64,000 nt of DNA, taken from assembly GCA_036556425.1 (NCBI GenBank), contig DATBJJ010000006.1, positions 4,266 through 68,265 on the forward strand, written 5' to 3'. This document shows positions 1 to 8,261 of the stretch, piece after piece (the first letter of the stretch is position 1; every line of letters begins with the position of its first letter). The position numbers and the translations under genes were made by a program. The DNA is from Vicinamibacterales bacterium. GTDB taxonomy: Bacteria > Acidobacteriota > Vicinamibacteria > Vicinamibacterales > 2-12-FULL-66-21. Under the pieces are notes generated by a model. That model saw only the letters and a list, made by a program, of their open reading frames with translations, was not told where the DNA came from and searched no databases.

Positions 1-123
1 CTGCGCGCGACCATCTCGATGGTCGACAAGATGGCGTCGAAGGGTCTGATTCACCGGAACACGGCGGGAAGGTACAAGTCGCGCCTCGCCGCGCGCGTCG
101 CGAAGCGGTCGGCCGCCGCCTAG
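1..123 (+). CDS. rpsT: 30S ribosomal protein S20, C-terminal fragment (5' end outside window)
   Basis: Frame +1 from the window edge reads LRATISMVDKMASKGLIHRNTAGRYKSRLAARVAKRSAAA then TAG at 121-123. This resembles the conserved S20 C-terminus (KGxIHxN.A.R.KSRL). Confidence 0.7.
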   Translation: MRATISMVDKMASKGLIHRNTAGRYKSRLAARVAKRSAAA

Positions 124-1121
124 CTCGCGCGACAGAGCTCCACGACGAGCCGCTCGAGCAGCACTCGGGGGTCGCCGCCGGAGCTCTTCAAGTCCAGGTC
201 GGTTCGAAAGACCGCATCGATCGCGGGGCGGACCCGTCTCGCATCCACCTGAGGCAGTTTCTCGCGCACGAACCACGCGAGCTGGCCGAGCACCATGTAG
301 GGCACCGCACCCGATTCGAGCGAGAGCGCCAGATGCCGGAGCGCGTTCGCCGCGTCGCCGCGCTGGATCGCGCTCGTGACCGCCCAATCATCCTGCGCGG
401 TCTCGGCACTGACGACTTCCCGCGCGTCGGCAACCGTGATGCGTGGTTTGCCCGCGGCGTACAGCAAGAGCCGCTCGACGTCCCCTCTGAGTCTGGCGAT
501 GTCGGCGCCCGCGCGCTCCGCAACGAGGCGCGACGCCGCTGCATCGATCTTCTGGCCCGCATCCGCGACGGCTTTCAATACGAGCTGCTCGGCCTGACGG
601 GCGGCCTGACGCAAGTCGACCCGCGCATCCCTGCTCCCCTTCAGTCCCCAACACTCGACGATCGTCGCGTGCTTCTGAAGCGCTTTGAAGAGCCGGCGCG
701 ATCGGTCGACGTCGGACGCGACGAGCACGAGCGTCGTTTGCGGCTCGGGCGCTTTGACGTATTGCTCGAGCAGGTCGGCATCGCCGGCGGTCGAGTCGTC
801 GGCGCCCTCCTCCGCTTCCTCCGATCGGCCGCGCCGCTTCGGCTTCAAGATCTTTTCCGCGCGCGGGACGATGACGACGCGACGGTTCGACATCATCGGC
901 AGGAGCCGCGCGGCTTCGACGATGGCGGCCGGTCCGCCCGATCGATCCGTCGCGTAAATCCGCTCGACGTTGAAGGCACGGAGCTCGTCCTCGACCACGC
1001 CGGAAAACTCCCCGGCGAGCTGCGACATCTCCGCTTCGTCGTCGCCGACGATCAGGTAGACGGGACCGAGCGCTTGTTCCGCGATCTGCTTGCGAACGGC
1101 GCCGGGCGTCGCGGCCGGCAT
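120..1121 (-). CDS. holA: DNA polymerase III delta subunit
   Basis: ORF-track 120..1598 trimmed to the ATG at 1119-1121 (MPAATPGAVRKQIAEQALGPVYLIVGDDEAE...), 333 aa. It has a delta-subunit-like N-terminus and length. The start overlaps the lptE stop (TGATG). The order leuS-lptE-holA is the conserved one known from E. coli. Confidence 0.85.
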   Translation of the reverse strand: MPAATPGAVRKQIAEQALGPVYLIVGDDEAEMSQLAGEFSGVVEDELRAFNVERIYATDRSGGPAAIVEAARLLPMMSNRRVVIVPRAEKILKPKRRGRSEEAEEGADDSTAGDADLLEQYVKAPEPQTTLVLVASDVDRSRRLFKALQKHATIVECWGLKGSRDARVDLRQAARQAEQLVLKAVADAGQKIDAAASRLVAERAGADIARLRGDVERLLLYAAGKPRITVADAREVVSAETAQDDWAVTSAIQRGDAANALRHLALSLESGAVPYMVLGQLAWFVREKLPQVDARRVRPAIDAVFRTDLDLKSSGGDPRVLLERLVVELCRAS

Positions 1122-1711
1122 CAGAAGGACTCGAGGATCGCGCTCACGATCGCGCGCGCGAACTCGGAGGCCAGGCGCTCCTGCGCGTTCGCGTTCTGTC
1201 CGAGGAATGCGCCGGCGTCGACGCTGGTCGTCGACGTGATCGGATACTCCTCCGAGTACGGCAAGCCAGGATTCGACCAGAGGACTTTGTTGGTCTTCAG
1301 ATCCTTGAACTCGATCTTCGCGACGATCGTGATCACGTAGCGCGTGGCTTGCTGCTGCTGGTTGACGGCCGCCGCCGCGAGGCTGATCGAGACGATCTCG
1401 CCGGTCAGCACCGCGTCGACGTTGGTCGCGCGCGTTTCTACGGTGTACCGCCCGCGGCCGATCAGCTCCGATCTGACGCGATCGGTCAGAATTCGATCGA
1501 TATCGAAGACCGGTGTGTGATTCAGGAAGAGCGGAAGGCCGATCGTCTTGATGTACGCCGGTAGAAACGATCCGCGGCCGGCGAGCGAGTAGCCGCACCC
1601 CGCGGATCCCACGACGCCGCTCATCATCGTCACGAACGCGCAGACTCGAGCGAGGGCGAGAAGCGCGCGGCGCTTGGGCGCTCGACGGATGCGTTTGTCG
1701 ATTGCGATCAT
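1121..1711 (-). CDS. lptE: LPS-assembly lipoprotein LptE-like
   Basis: ORF 1121..1801 trimmed to MIAIDKRIRR... because leuS ends at 1722. A signal peptide with lipobox (VVGSAGC) is present, and the gene sits between leuS and holA. Confidence 0.65.
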   Translation of the reverse strand: MIAIDKRIRRAPKRRALLALARVCAFVTMMSGVVGSAGCGYSLAGRGSFLPAYIKTIGLPLFLNHTPVFDIDRILTDRVRSELIGRGRYTVETRATNVDAVLTGEIVSISLAAAAVNQQQQATRYVITIVAKIEFKDLKTNKVLWSNPGLPYSEEYPITSTTSVDAGAFLGQNANAQERLASEFARAIVSAILESF

Positions 1712-1721
1712 GGCTCCACGT

Positions 1722-4292
1722 TCATCCCGCGACGATGCTGACGATGCGGCTCCCGGCGCCGCCGGCGACGACGACTTTACGAATGGTCTTGCCTTCGACA
1801 TTCTTGACGACCTGCGGATCGGCGAGCGCCAACGACTTCAGCTCGTCCTCCGACACCTCGATCGACACGGTCAGCCGGGCGCGCACCTTCCCGTTGACCT
1901 GAACGGGCACGACGATCTGCTCGGCGCGCGATACCTGTTCGTCGAACGCCGGCCAGCCGACGGCGACGATGCCGTCCGGATGGCCCATGCGCTCCCAGAG
2001 CTCTTCAGCCATGTGCGGCGCGAACGGCGAGATCATCAGGATGAGCGCCTCGACCGCTTCCTTCAGGACGGCGATCGTCGCGGGCCGTTCGGCCACGCCG
2101 ATCGTCGCGGGATCGTCGATGCTGCGGCCGACGCGCGTCGACTCGCTTCGGTTGCAGAACGCGTACAGCTCGTTGACCAGCTCCATCAGCGCGGAGACCG
2201 CCGTGTTGAGATGCACGCGCGGATCGAGATCCTGCGAGACGCGGCGGATCGTGTCGTGCGTCTTCCGTCGAAGCGCGCGCTCCGCGTCGTCCAGCTCGAT
2301 GCCGCCGGGAGCAGGAATCCCTTCGCCGCCGATCGTCTCGCACAACTGATCGACGAGGCGCCACACGCGCGCGAGGAATCGATAGCTGCCCTCGAGCCCG
2401 GCGTCGGACCACTCGATCTCTTTTTCCGGGGGCGCCACGAACATGACGTACAGCCGGATGGCATCCGCGCCGACTTTCTCGATCATGTCGTCCGGATCGA
2501 CGACGTTGCCCTTGGACTTGGACATGACGTGTCCGTCCTTGAGCACCATGCCCTGCGTGAGCAGCCGCGTGAACGGCTCGTCGATCGCGCTCATGCCGAG
2601 ATCGCGGAATACACGCGCGAAGAACCGCGAGTAGATCAAGTGCAGGATGGCGTGCTCGACGCCGCCGACGTAGAAATCGACCGGTCCCCAATAACCAACC
2701 TTGTCGGGATCGAACGGCAGCGACGCGTTCTTCGGATCGCAAAAGCGATAGAAGTACCAGGACGAGTCGACGAACGTGTCCATCGTGTCGGTTTCGCGCC
2801 GGGCGGGACCGCCGCATTCAGGACACGTCGTGTTCACGAACTCGGGGACCTGCGCCAACGGCGAATCGCCGCGCCCCGTGAACTCGGCGACCTTTGGCAG
2901 CAGCACAGGCAAATCGTCGGCGGGCACGGGAACCATGCCGTCCTTGTCGCAGTACACGACGGGAATCGGCGTGCCCCAATAGCGCTGCCGCGAAATACCC
3001 CAGTCCTTCAAACGATACTGAATGGTGCGTTCGCCGATGCCGCGCGCTTCGGCCGCTTCAGACATCTTGACGATGGCGTCGCTCGTCGGAAGCCCGTTGA
3101 ACTCTCCGGAATTCACGATCGTGCCCGGACCATCGTACGGCTCCGCGGCAGATCCGGACGACACGGCGCCGGCGCCGGGCTGCACGACGATCGTGATCGG
3201 CAGGTTGTACTTGTGCGCGAACTCGTGGTCGCGCTGATCGTGGCCCGGCACCCCCATCACCGCACCGGTGCCGTACTCGCCGAGCACGAAGTTCGCGACC
3301 CACACGGGTACGGACTTGTTGGTGAACGGATTGATCGCCGTCCGTCCGGTGTCGAAGCCTTCCTTTTCGATCTCGCCGGTCATCCGCAGCGTACGATCCT
3401 GCGCGAGGAACTTCTCGAGCGTCTGCCGAAATGCCGGATCGGCCTGCGCCTTCCATTGCTGCACGAGCGGGTGCTCGGGCCCGAGCAGGATGAAGTTGGC
3501 GCCGTAGATCGTGTCGATGCGCGTCGTGAAGACCTCGATGTGATCGGGCTGCCCCTTCGGATCGGGCAGCGGGAACTTGACGCGCGCGCCTTCGGAGCGC
3601 CCGATCCAGTTCCGCTGCATCGTGAGCACCTTGTCGGGCCATTCGGGCAGGCGATCGGCCGCCTCGAGCAATTCATCCGCGTATTGGGTGATGCGAAAGA
3701 ACCACTGCTCCAGCTCGCGCGTCACGACGGTCGTGCCGCAACGCCAGCACTTCCCGTCGATGACTTGCTCGTTGGCCAGGACGGTATTGCAGCTCGGACA
3801 CCAGTTGACGCTGGAGCGCTTCTTGTACGCGAGGCCGCGCTCGAGCATCTTCAGGAACAACCACTGATTCCAGTGGTAGTAGTCCGGCATGCACGTCGCG
3901 ATCTCGCGCTCCCACGCGTAGCTGATGCCGATGCGCTGGAGCTGCCCTTTCATGTGGGCGATGTTCTCGAGCGTCCACGTCTCCGGGTGCGTTTGATTCT
4001 TGATGGCCGCGTTCTCGGCCGGCAGGCCGAACGCGTCCCATCCGAAGGGATGCAGCACGTTGAACCCGCGCATGCGCTTCATGCGCGCGACAACGTCGCC
4101 GATCATGTAGTTGCGCAGGTGGCCGACGTGCGCGTGGCCGGAGGGGTACGCGAACATCTCGAGGCAGTAGAACTTCGGACGCGGATCGTCTTCGGTTACC
4201 TCGAACGCGCGCTCGCGCTGCCAGCGCTCCTGCCACTTCTTCTCGAGTGTCTGGGGTTTGTAGTCGGCCACCTTCTCTCGATTATAAGCCAC
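1722..4292 (-). CDS. leuS: leucyl-tRNA synthetase
   Basis: 856 aa ORF with a class I aaRS HIGH-type motif (PSGHAHVGH) and KMSKS (VMSKSKGN). The layout is LeuRS-like over the full length. Confidence 0.97.
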   Translation of the reverse strand: MAYNREKVADYKPQTLEKKWQERWQRERAFEVTEDDPRPKFYCLEMFAYPSGHAHVGHLRNYMIGDVVARMKRMRGFNVLHPFGWDAFGLPAENAAIKNQTHPETWTLENIAHMKGQLQRIGISYAWEREIATCMPDYYHWNQWLFLKMLERGLAYKKRSSVNWCPSCNTVLANEQVIDGKCWRCGTTVVTRELEQWFFRITQYADELLEAADRLPEWPDKVLTMQRNWIGRSEGARVKFPLPDPKGQPDHIEVFTTRIDTIYGANFILLGPEHPLVQQWKAQADPAFRQTLEKFLAQDRTLRMTGEIEKEGFDTGRTAINPFTNKSVPVWVANFVLGEYGTGAVMGVPGHDQRDHEFAHKYNLPITIVVQPGAGAVSSGSAAEPYDGPGTIVNSGEFNGLPTSDAIVKMSEAAEARGIGERTIQYRLKDWGISRQRYWGTPIPVVYCDKDGMVPVPADDLPVLLPKVAEFTGRGDSPLAQVPEFVNTTCPECGGPARRETDTMDTFVDSSWYFYRFCDPKNASLPFDPDKVGYWGPVDFYVGGVEHAILHLIYSRFFARVFRDLGMSAIDEPFTRLLTQGMVLKDGHVMSKSKGNVVDPDDMIEKVGADAIRLYVMFVAPPEKEIEWSDAGLEGSYRFLARVWRLVDQLCETIGGEGIPAPGGIELDDAERALRRKTHDTIRRVSQDLDPRVHLNTAVSALMELVNELYAFCNRSESTRVGRSIDDPATIGVAERPATIAVLKEAVEALILMISPFAPHMAEELWERMGHPDGIVAVGWPAFDEQVSRAEQIVVPVQVNGKVRARLTVSIEVSEDELKSLALADPQVVKNVEGKTIRKVVVAGGAGSRIVSIVAG

Positions 4293-5316
4293 GCCAGAAG
4301 GGTTTCAGGGCCGCGCGCGCCGCCGCGACGGCGCGCTCTCCTCGCGGCGAGGCAACAGGCGATCGGTGCTGCGCATCCGTCTTCGAGATCGGCTCGAAGC
4401 GATCGCCATCTGCGATCGCCGAGAACGACGCCTCGAGGCATCCGCCGAGCGCCGACATCTCGTAGCCGCCTTCGGTGACGCACGCGAGCGCGCCGTGTCG
4501 CGCGGCAATCTGCCGCAGGCGCCGCATCACCGATGCGTACCCATCCGTCGTCATTCGCATCGACGCCAGCGGATCGTGTTCGTGCGCGTCGTAGCCCGCG
4601 GACACGAGCAGCAGCTCCGGTCGAAACTCTTCGAGGACCGGCTCGACGATTTCACGATGCACGAGCTCGAAATCCGCGTCGATCGATCCCGCATCCATCG
4701 GAATGTTCACCGTGAACCCACGGCCGTCTTTCTCGCCGACTTCGTTCGCTGCGCCGGTTCCCGGATAGAACGGATACTGGTGCGTCGAGACGTACAACAC
4801 GCGCGGGTCATCGTAGAACATCGCCTGCGTACCGTTGCCGTGATGCACGTCGATGTCGACGATCGCGATGCGCGACACGCCGCGATCCAGGAGCGATGCA
4901 GCCGCGACCGCGACGTTGTTGAAGAGACAAAAGCCCATCGCGCGATCGCGCTCCGCGTGGTGACCCGGCGGGCGCACGAGCGCGAACGCGGGCTCGCGCG
5001 CATCGACAGCGTGCTCGGCCGCTTCCACCGTCGCGCCTGCCGCGAAGCGGGCAACCTCGATCGACTCAGGAGACAAGAACGTGTCGGCGTCGAGCATCGC
5101 GGGACGTCCCGCCATCCGCGCGAGCGTCTCGAGGTACTCGGGATCGTGCACGCGCGCCAGCTCTGCATCGCGCGCCGCCCTCGGCGCCGCGGTCGACCCG
5201 CCGCGCTCCCGCCATCGCGCCGCCACGGCGTCGAAAACGTGCGCGCGTTCCGGGCGTTCGGGATGTCCGGGCGGCGTAACGTGGTCCTGAAAACGCGAGG
5301 TGGTAAGGATGAGCAT
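4282..5316 (-). CDS. histone deacetylase-family (arginase fold) deacetylase / acetoin-utilisation-type protein
   Basis: 344 aa with HDAC-family motifs: RPPGHHA, DIDVHHGNGTQ and the GGYE tail. Its 3' end overlaps the leuS start by 11 nt. Confidence 0.9.
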   Translation of the reverse strand: MLILTTSRFQDHVTPPGHPERPERAHVFDAVAARWRERGGSTAAPRAARDAELARVHDPEYLETLARMAGRPAMLDADTFLSPESIEVARFAAGATVEAAEHAVDAREPAFALVRPPGHHAERDRAMGFCLFNNVAVAAASLLDRGVSRIAIVDIDVHHGNGTQAMFYDDPRVLYVSTHQYPFYPGTGAANEVGEKDGRGFTVNIPMDAGSIDADFELVHREIVEPVLEEFRPELLLVSAGYDAHEHDPLASMRMTTDGYASVMRRLRQIAARHGALACVTEGGYEMSALGGCLEASFSAIADGDRFEPISKTDAQHRSPVASPRGERAVAAARAALKPFWRGL

Positions 5317-5360
5317 CGAACTTGCTACCGCGTGTAAACTGTGTAATATAGCGCCAAAAG

Positions 5361-5750
5361 ATGCTCATGAATCCGGCCCCTCCAGCCTCCACCAAGCTCA
5401 AGCTGCTCATCGTCGACGACGACGTGAGCCTGCTCGAAGCGATGCAGCGCTCGCTGCGCGATTCGCTCAGGACGGTGATCGCCTGCGATTCGTTCGAAAA
5501 GGCGCGGCAGATGCTGAAGGATCAGGCGTTCGACGCCCTGATTACCGACGTGCGGCTGGGCGCGTTCAACGGGCTGCAACTCGCCGTGATGGCGCGGGAC
5601 ATGTACCCGGAAATGCGGCTGATCGTGTTCTCGGGATTCGATGATCCCGTGCTGCGCGCCGACGCGGAACAGATCGGCGCCGTCTACCTCGTGAAGCCCG
5701 TCGCGAGCGGAGATCTCCTCCGGCTTCTCGAAAAACCCGCGGCAAACTAA
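5361..5750 (+). CDS. stand-alone response-regulator receiver domain protein
   Basis: 129 aa. It has KLLIVDDD, an aspartate pocket (ITDVRLG) and a K near the C-terminus (YLVKP). There is no output domain. Confidence 0.85.
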   Translation: MLMNPAPPASTKLKLLIVDDDVSLLEAMQRSLRDSLRTVIACDSFEKARQMLKDQAFDALITDVRLGAFNGLQLAVMARDMYPEMRLIVFSGFDDPVLRADAEQIGAVYLVKPVASGDLLRLLEKPAAN

Positions 5751-5775
5751 TCGGGATTCCCGGGAGCGGCCCGAA

Positions 5776-6915
5776 CTACGCGGAGGCCGCGATCCGTCCA
5801 GGGGGAATGGGCGGCGCCTCGGCCCCCGTGCGCGCCGTGTCGCGGCTCACCGCCGCGGAACGAAACTGCTGAAAGGGCATGTGGCACTGGTACTTTCGCA
5901 GGAAGCCCAGAAACCGCTTGTAGTCGTCGGCGGGCATGTTGAACAGCTCCACCATCACCTTATAGTTGCCGGACGTCCGCTCCAGTCCCTTGCGCACGAT
6001 CGCTCGAAGATCGTCGCGCGTGAGGTCGCGCGACATGAACGGGGCGTAGACGCACGACCAGAATGACTCGCCGCCGTTGACCATGCGCTCGAAGAGCACG
6101 TCCGCCGCGGGCCTCGTCGCGGGGCTCAAAGGAACGGCTACAGCAGGCGCCGCGCGCAGCACTTCGAGCGGCAGATCGTCGCGGCGAATCTCGCCGCTGC
6201 GCGCGCGAATCACGAGACGCTCGACGACGTTCTTCAACTCGCGCACGTTGCCGGGCCATCCGTGCTCGGTCAGCGTCTGAAGCGCTTCGGCCGAGATCGC
6301 TGGACGCTCGACCTGATACTGCCGCGCGAATTGATCGAGGAAGAATTCCATCAGCACGGGAATGTCCTCGAGCCGTTCGCGAAGCGCCGGCACCCGCAGG
6401 TGGATGACGTTCAACCGATAGTAAAGATCCTCGCGGAAGGTCTTGTTCGCGACGCTCTCGACGAGCACGCGGTTGGTCGCCGCGATCACGCGGACGTCGA
6501 CGCGGTTCTGGATCTGATCGGACCCGACGCGCTGAATCTCTCCCGTCTCCATGAAGCGAAGCAGCAGCCCCTGCATGCGAGGGCTCGTCTCGCCGATCTC
6601 GTCCATGAAGACGGTGCCGCGATGCGCCTGCTCGAACGCGCCGAGGCGATCGCGATACGCGCCGGTAAAACTCCCCCGAACGTGACCGAAGAGCTCCGTC
6701 TCGAGCAGCGTCTCCGACAGCGCCGCGCAGTTCACGGTCACGAGCGCGGACCGGCTGCGTACGCTCGACGCGTGAATCAGTCGGGCTACGATTTCCTTTC
6801 CCGCGCCGCTCTCGCCAGTGATGAGCACTTTGGCGTCGCACTTCGCCGCATAGTGGATTTCCTCTTGAAGAGCAAGGATGGCGGGGCTAGCGCCGACGAG
6901 TTTGGTCGGTTGCAT
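5776..6915 (-). CDS. sigma-54-dependent transcriptional activator (AAA+ EBP) lacking an N-terminal receiver or sensor domain
   Basis: ORF 5776..6978 trimmed to MQPTKLVGASPAILALQEEI.... Features: Walker A GESGAGKE, a GAFTGA-type loop (GSFTGA), Walker B FMDEIGE and a C-terminal Fis-like HTH region (LERTSGNYKVMVELFNM). The AAA+ core begins about 10 residues from the N-terminus. Confidence 0.9.
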   Translation of the reverse strand: MQPTKLVGASPAILALQEEIHYAAKCDAKVLITGESGAGKEIVARLIHASSVRSRSALVTVNCAALSETLLETELFGHVRGSFTGAYRDRLGAFEQAHRGTVFMDEIGETSPRMQGLLLRFMETGEIQRVGSDQIQNRVDVRVIAATNRVLVESVANKTFREDLYYRLNVIHLRVPALRERLEDIPVLMEFFLDQFARQYQVERPAISAEALQTLTEHGWPGNVRELKNVVERLVIRARSGEIRRDDLPLEVLRAAPAVAVPLSPATRPAADVLFERMVNGGESFWSCVYAPFMSRDLTRDDLRAIVRKGLERTSGNYKVMVELFNMPADDYKRFLGFLRKYQCHMPFQQFRSAAVSRDTARTGAEAPPIPPGRIAASA

Positions 6916-7147
6916 ACTGAAGTCGCGTCGCTCGGAACAGAAGTCGCTTTTATAGCGTCCTTTTTGCCTCCAAGTCAAGCGTAGAGGGACACGGCTGTGC
7001 CGATCCGGTACACGCTTTCGTTGAATTGCGAGGATTCTGCCGGTCAGTTATCAGTCCGTTGGAAGACTTTAGCGATGGATTGAGATGACAATGTGCAACC
7101 GGCGTACGACGCATGCGTCTTCCGCGCAGGATTTCCATCACGTACGC

Positions 7148-7162
7148 TGGCACGTGGGTTGC
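7148..7162 (+). promoter_or_regulatory. sigma-54 -24/-12 promoter, consensus match TGGCAC-GTGGG-TTGC
   Basis: The exact string tggcacgtgggttgc is at 7148-7162. It lies in the 260-bp divergent region between the sigma-54 activator and the YvcK-like gene. Confidence 0.6.
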
Positions 7163-7176
7163 GCTGGTTCGTCGAC

Positions 7177-8250
7177 ATGAACACGGGCACCGCCGCCGCA
7201 GACATCCTTCAGCAGACCGCCTCTCGTCCTCCACGTCCGCGACTCGTGTCGACGACGCCTCGCATGCAGCAGACGCCGCAGCCGCGCATCGTCGCGATCG
7301 GCGGAGGAACGGGATTGCCCGCTGTGCTCGAAGGTCTTTGTCAGCAGGCCGAAAAGGCTGGCGCGCTCGATCGCGACACGATCACCGCCGTCGTGACGGT
7401 TACCGACGACGGAGGAAGCTCCGGACGGCTTCGACAGGAGTTCGGCGTGCTGCCGCCGGGCGACGTTCGAAATTGCCTCGCGGCATTCGTGGAATCAGGT
7501 TCCCCACTTAAGCAATTGCTTCAACACCGGATGGGTGACGCGGCGCACCCGGTGGGCAACCTGCTGCTTACGGCGCTGACGCAAATCACCGGCAACTTTC
7601 CCGAAGCCGTGAGCCAACTCGGCCAGATGATCGGACTTCGCGGGCGCGTGCTCCCCACGACCGGCGAAGACGTGCGGCTGCGTGCCGAGATGGATTGCGG
7701 ACGCGTCATCACGGGCGAGACCGCGATTGTGGAGCAGGGGTCTGGAATCCGCCGCCTCTCGCTCGATCCGAGTCCGCGTCCGCTGCCCGAAGTGCTTCGC
7801 GCGCTCGTGAACGCCGACGCCATCGTCGTCGGGCCCGGCAGCCTCTACACGAGCACGCTGCCGAACCTCCTCGTCGAAGGGATCGCGTCGACCATCTCGG
7901 GCGTGAACGCGGTTCGCATCTACGTCGCGAACCTCATGACCGAGCCGGGCGAAACCGACGGGTTCTCGCTCGACGATCACCTTCGCGCGATCCGCGAGCA
8001 CACCGGCCACGATCTCTTCGACTACATCCTCGTGAACCGGCGTCCGCTGCCGTCGGCGCTCGTCGAAAAGTACGCGCGTCAGGGATCCGAGCCGGTTCGC
8101 TGCGATCGTCCGCTTCACTGGGCGGGGCGCGCCACGATCGTCGAAGCGGACTTCGCCTGCGAGGCGCTCCTCGATCGCGGCAAGATCCGCCACGAGCCGA
8201 CGTCGCTCGCCGCGGGAATCCGCGCCCTCGTCGACGCCGGACGAAGCTGA
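7177..8250 (+). CDS. YvcK/CofD-family (UPF0052, gluconeogenesis factor-like) protein
   Basis: Family motifs IVAIGGGTGL and VTVTDDGGSSGRLR are present. The start is ambiguous: GTG 7093, ATG 7177 or ATG 7264. The sigma-54 motif at 7148 argues against 7093. Confidence 0.8.
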   Translation: MNTGTAAADILQQTASRPPRPRLVSTTPRMQQTPQPRIVAIGGGTGLPAVLEGLCQQAEKAGALDRDTITAVVTVTDDGGSSGRLRQEFGVLPPGDVRNCLAAFVESGSPLKQLLQHRMGDAAHPVGNLLLTALTQITGNFPEAVSQLGQMIGLRGRVLPTTGEDVRLRAEMDCGRVITGETAIVEQGSGIRRLSLDPSPRPLPEVLRALVNADAIVVGPGSLYTSTLPNLLVEGIASTISGVNAVRIYVANLMTEPGETDGFSLDDHLRAIREHTGHDLFDYILVNRRPLPSALVEKYARQGSEPVRCDRPLHWAGRATIVEADFACEALLDRGKIRHEPTSLAAGIRALVDAGRS

Positions 8251-8261
8251 ATCCGTCGTTA

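Noticed and set aside
1122-1598. N-terminal extension of track ORF 120..1598 (492 aa)
   Set aside because: It overlaps the lptE coding frame. The holA-like sequence begins at the ATG at 1121.
1674-4478. 934-aa plus-strand ORF
   Set aside because: It is antisense to leuS across its whole length. The composition is low-complexity and Arg/Ala/Asp-rich, with no recognisable motifs. This is a typical high-GC shadow ORF.
7034-7068. Inverted-repeat partner for the GGCAGACT box (ATTCTGCC-N19-GGAAGACT at 7034-7068, and ATACTGCG-N19-GGCAGACT at 9856-9890)
   Set aside because: The left half-site at N19 spacing is present in only two of five loci. It is absent at 10790, 11144 and 28011, so I do not claim a palindromic operator.
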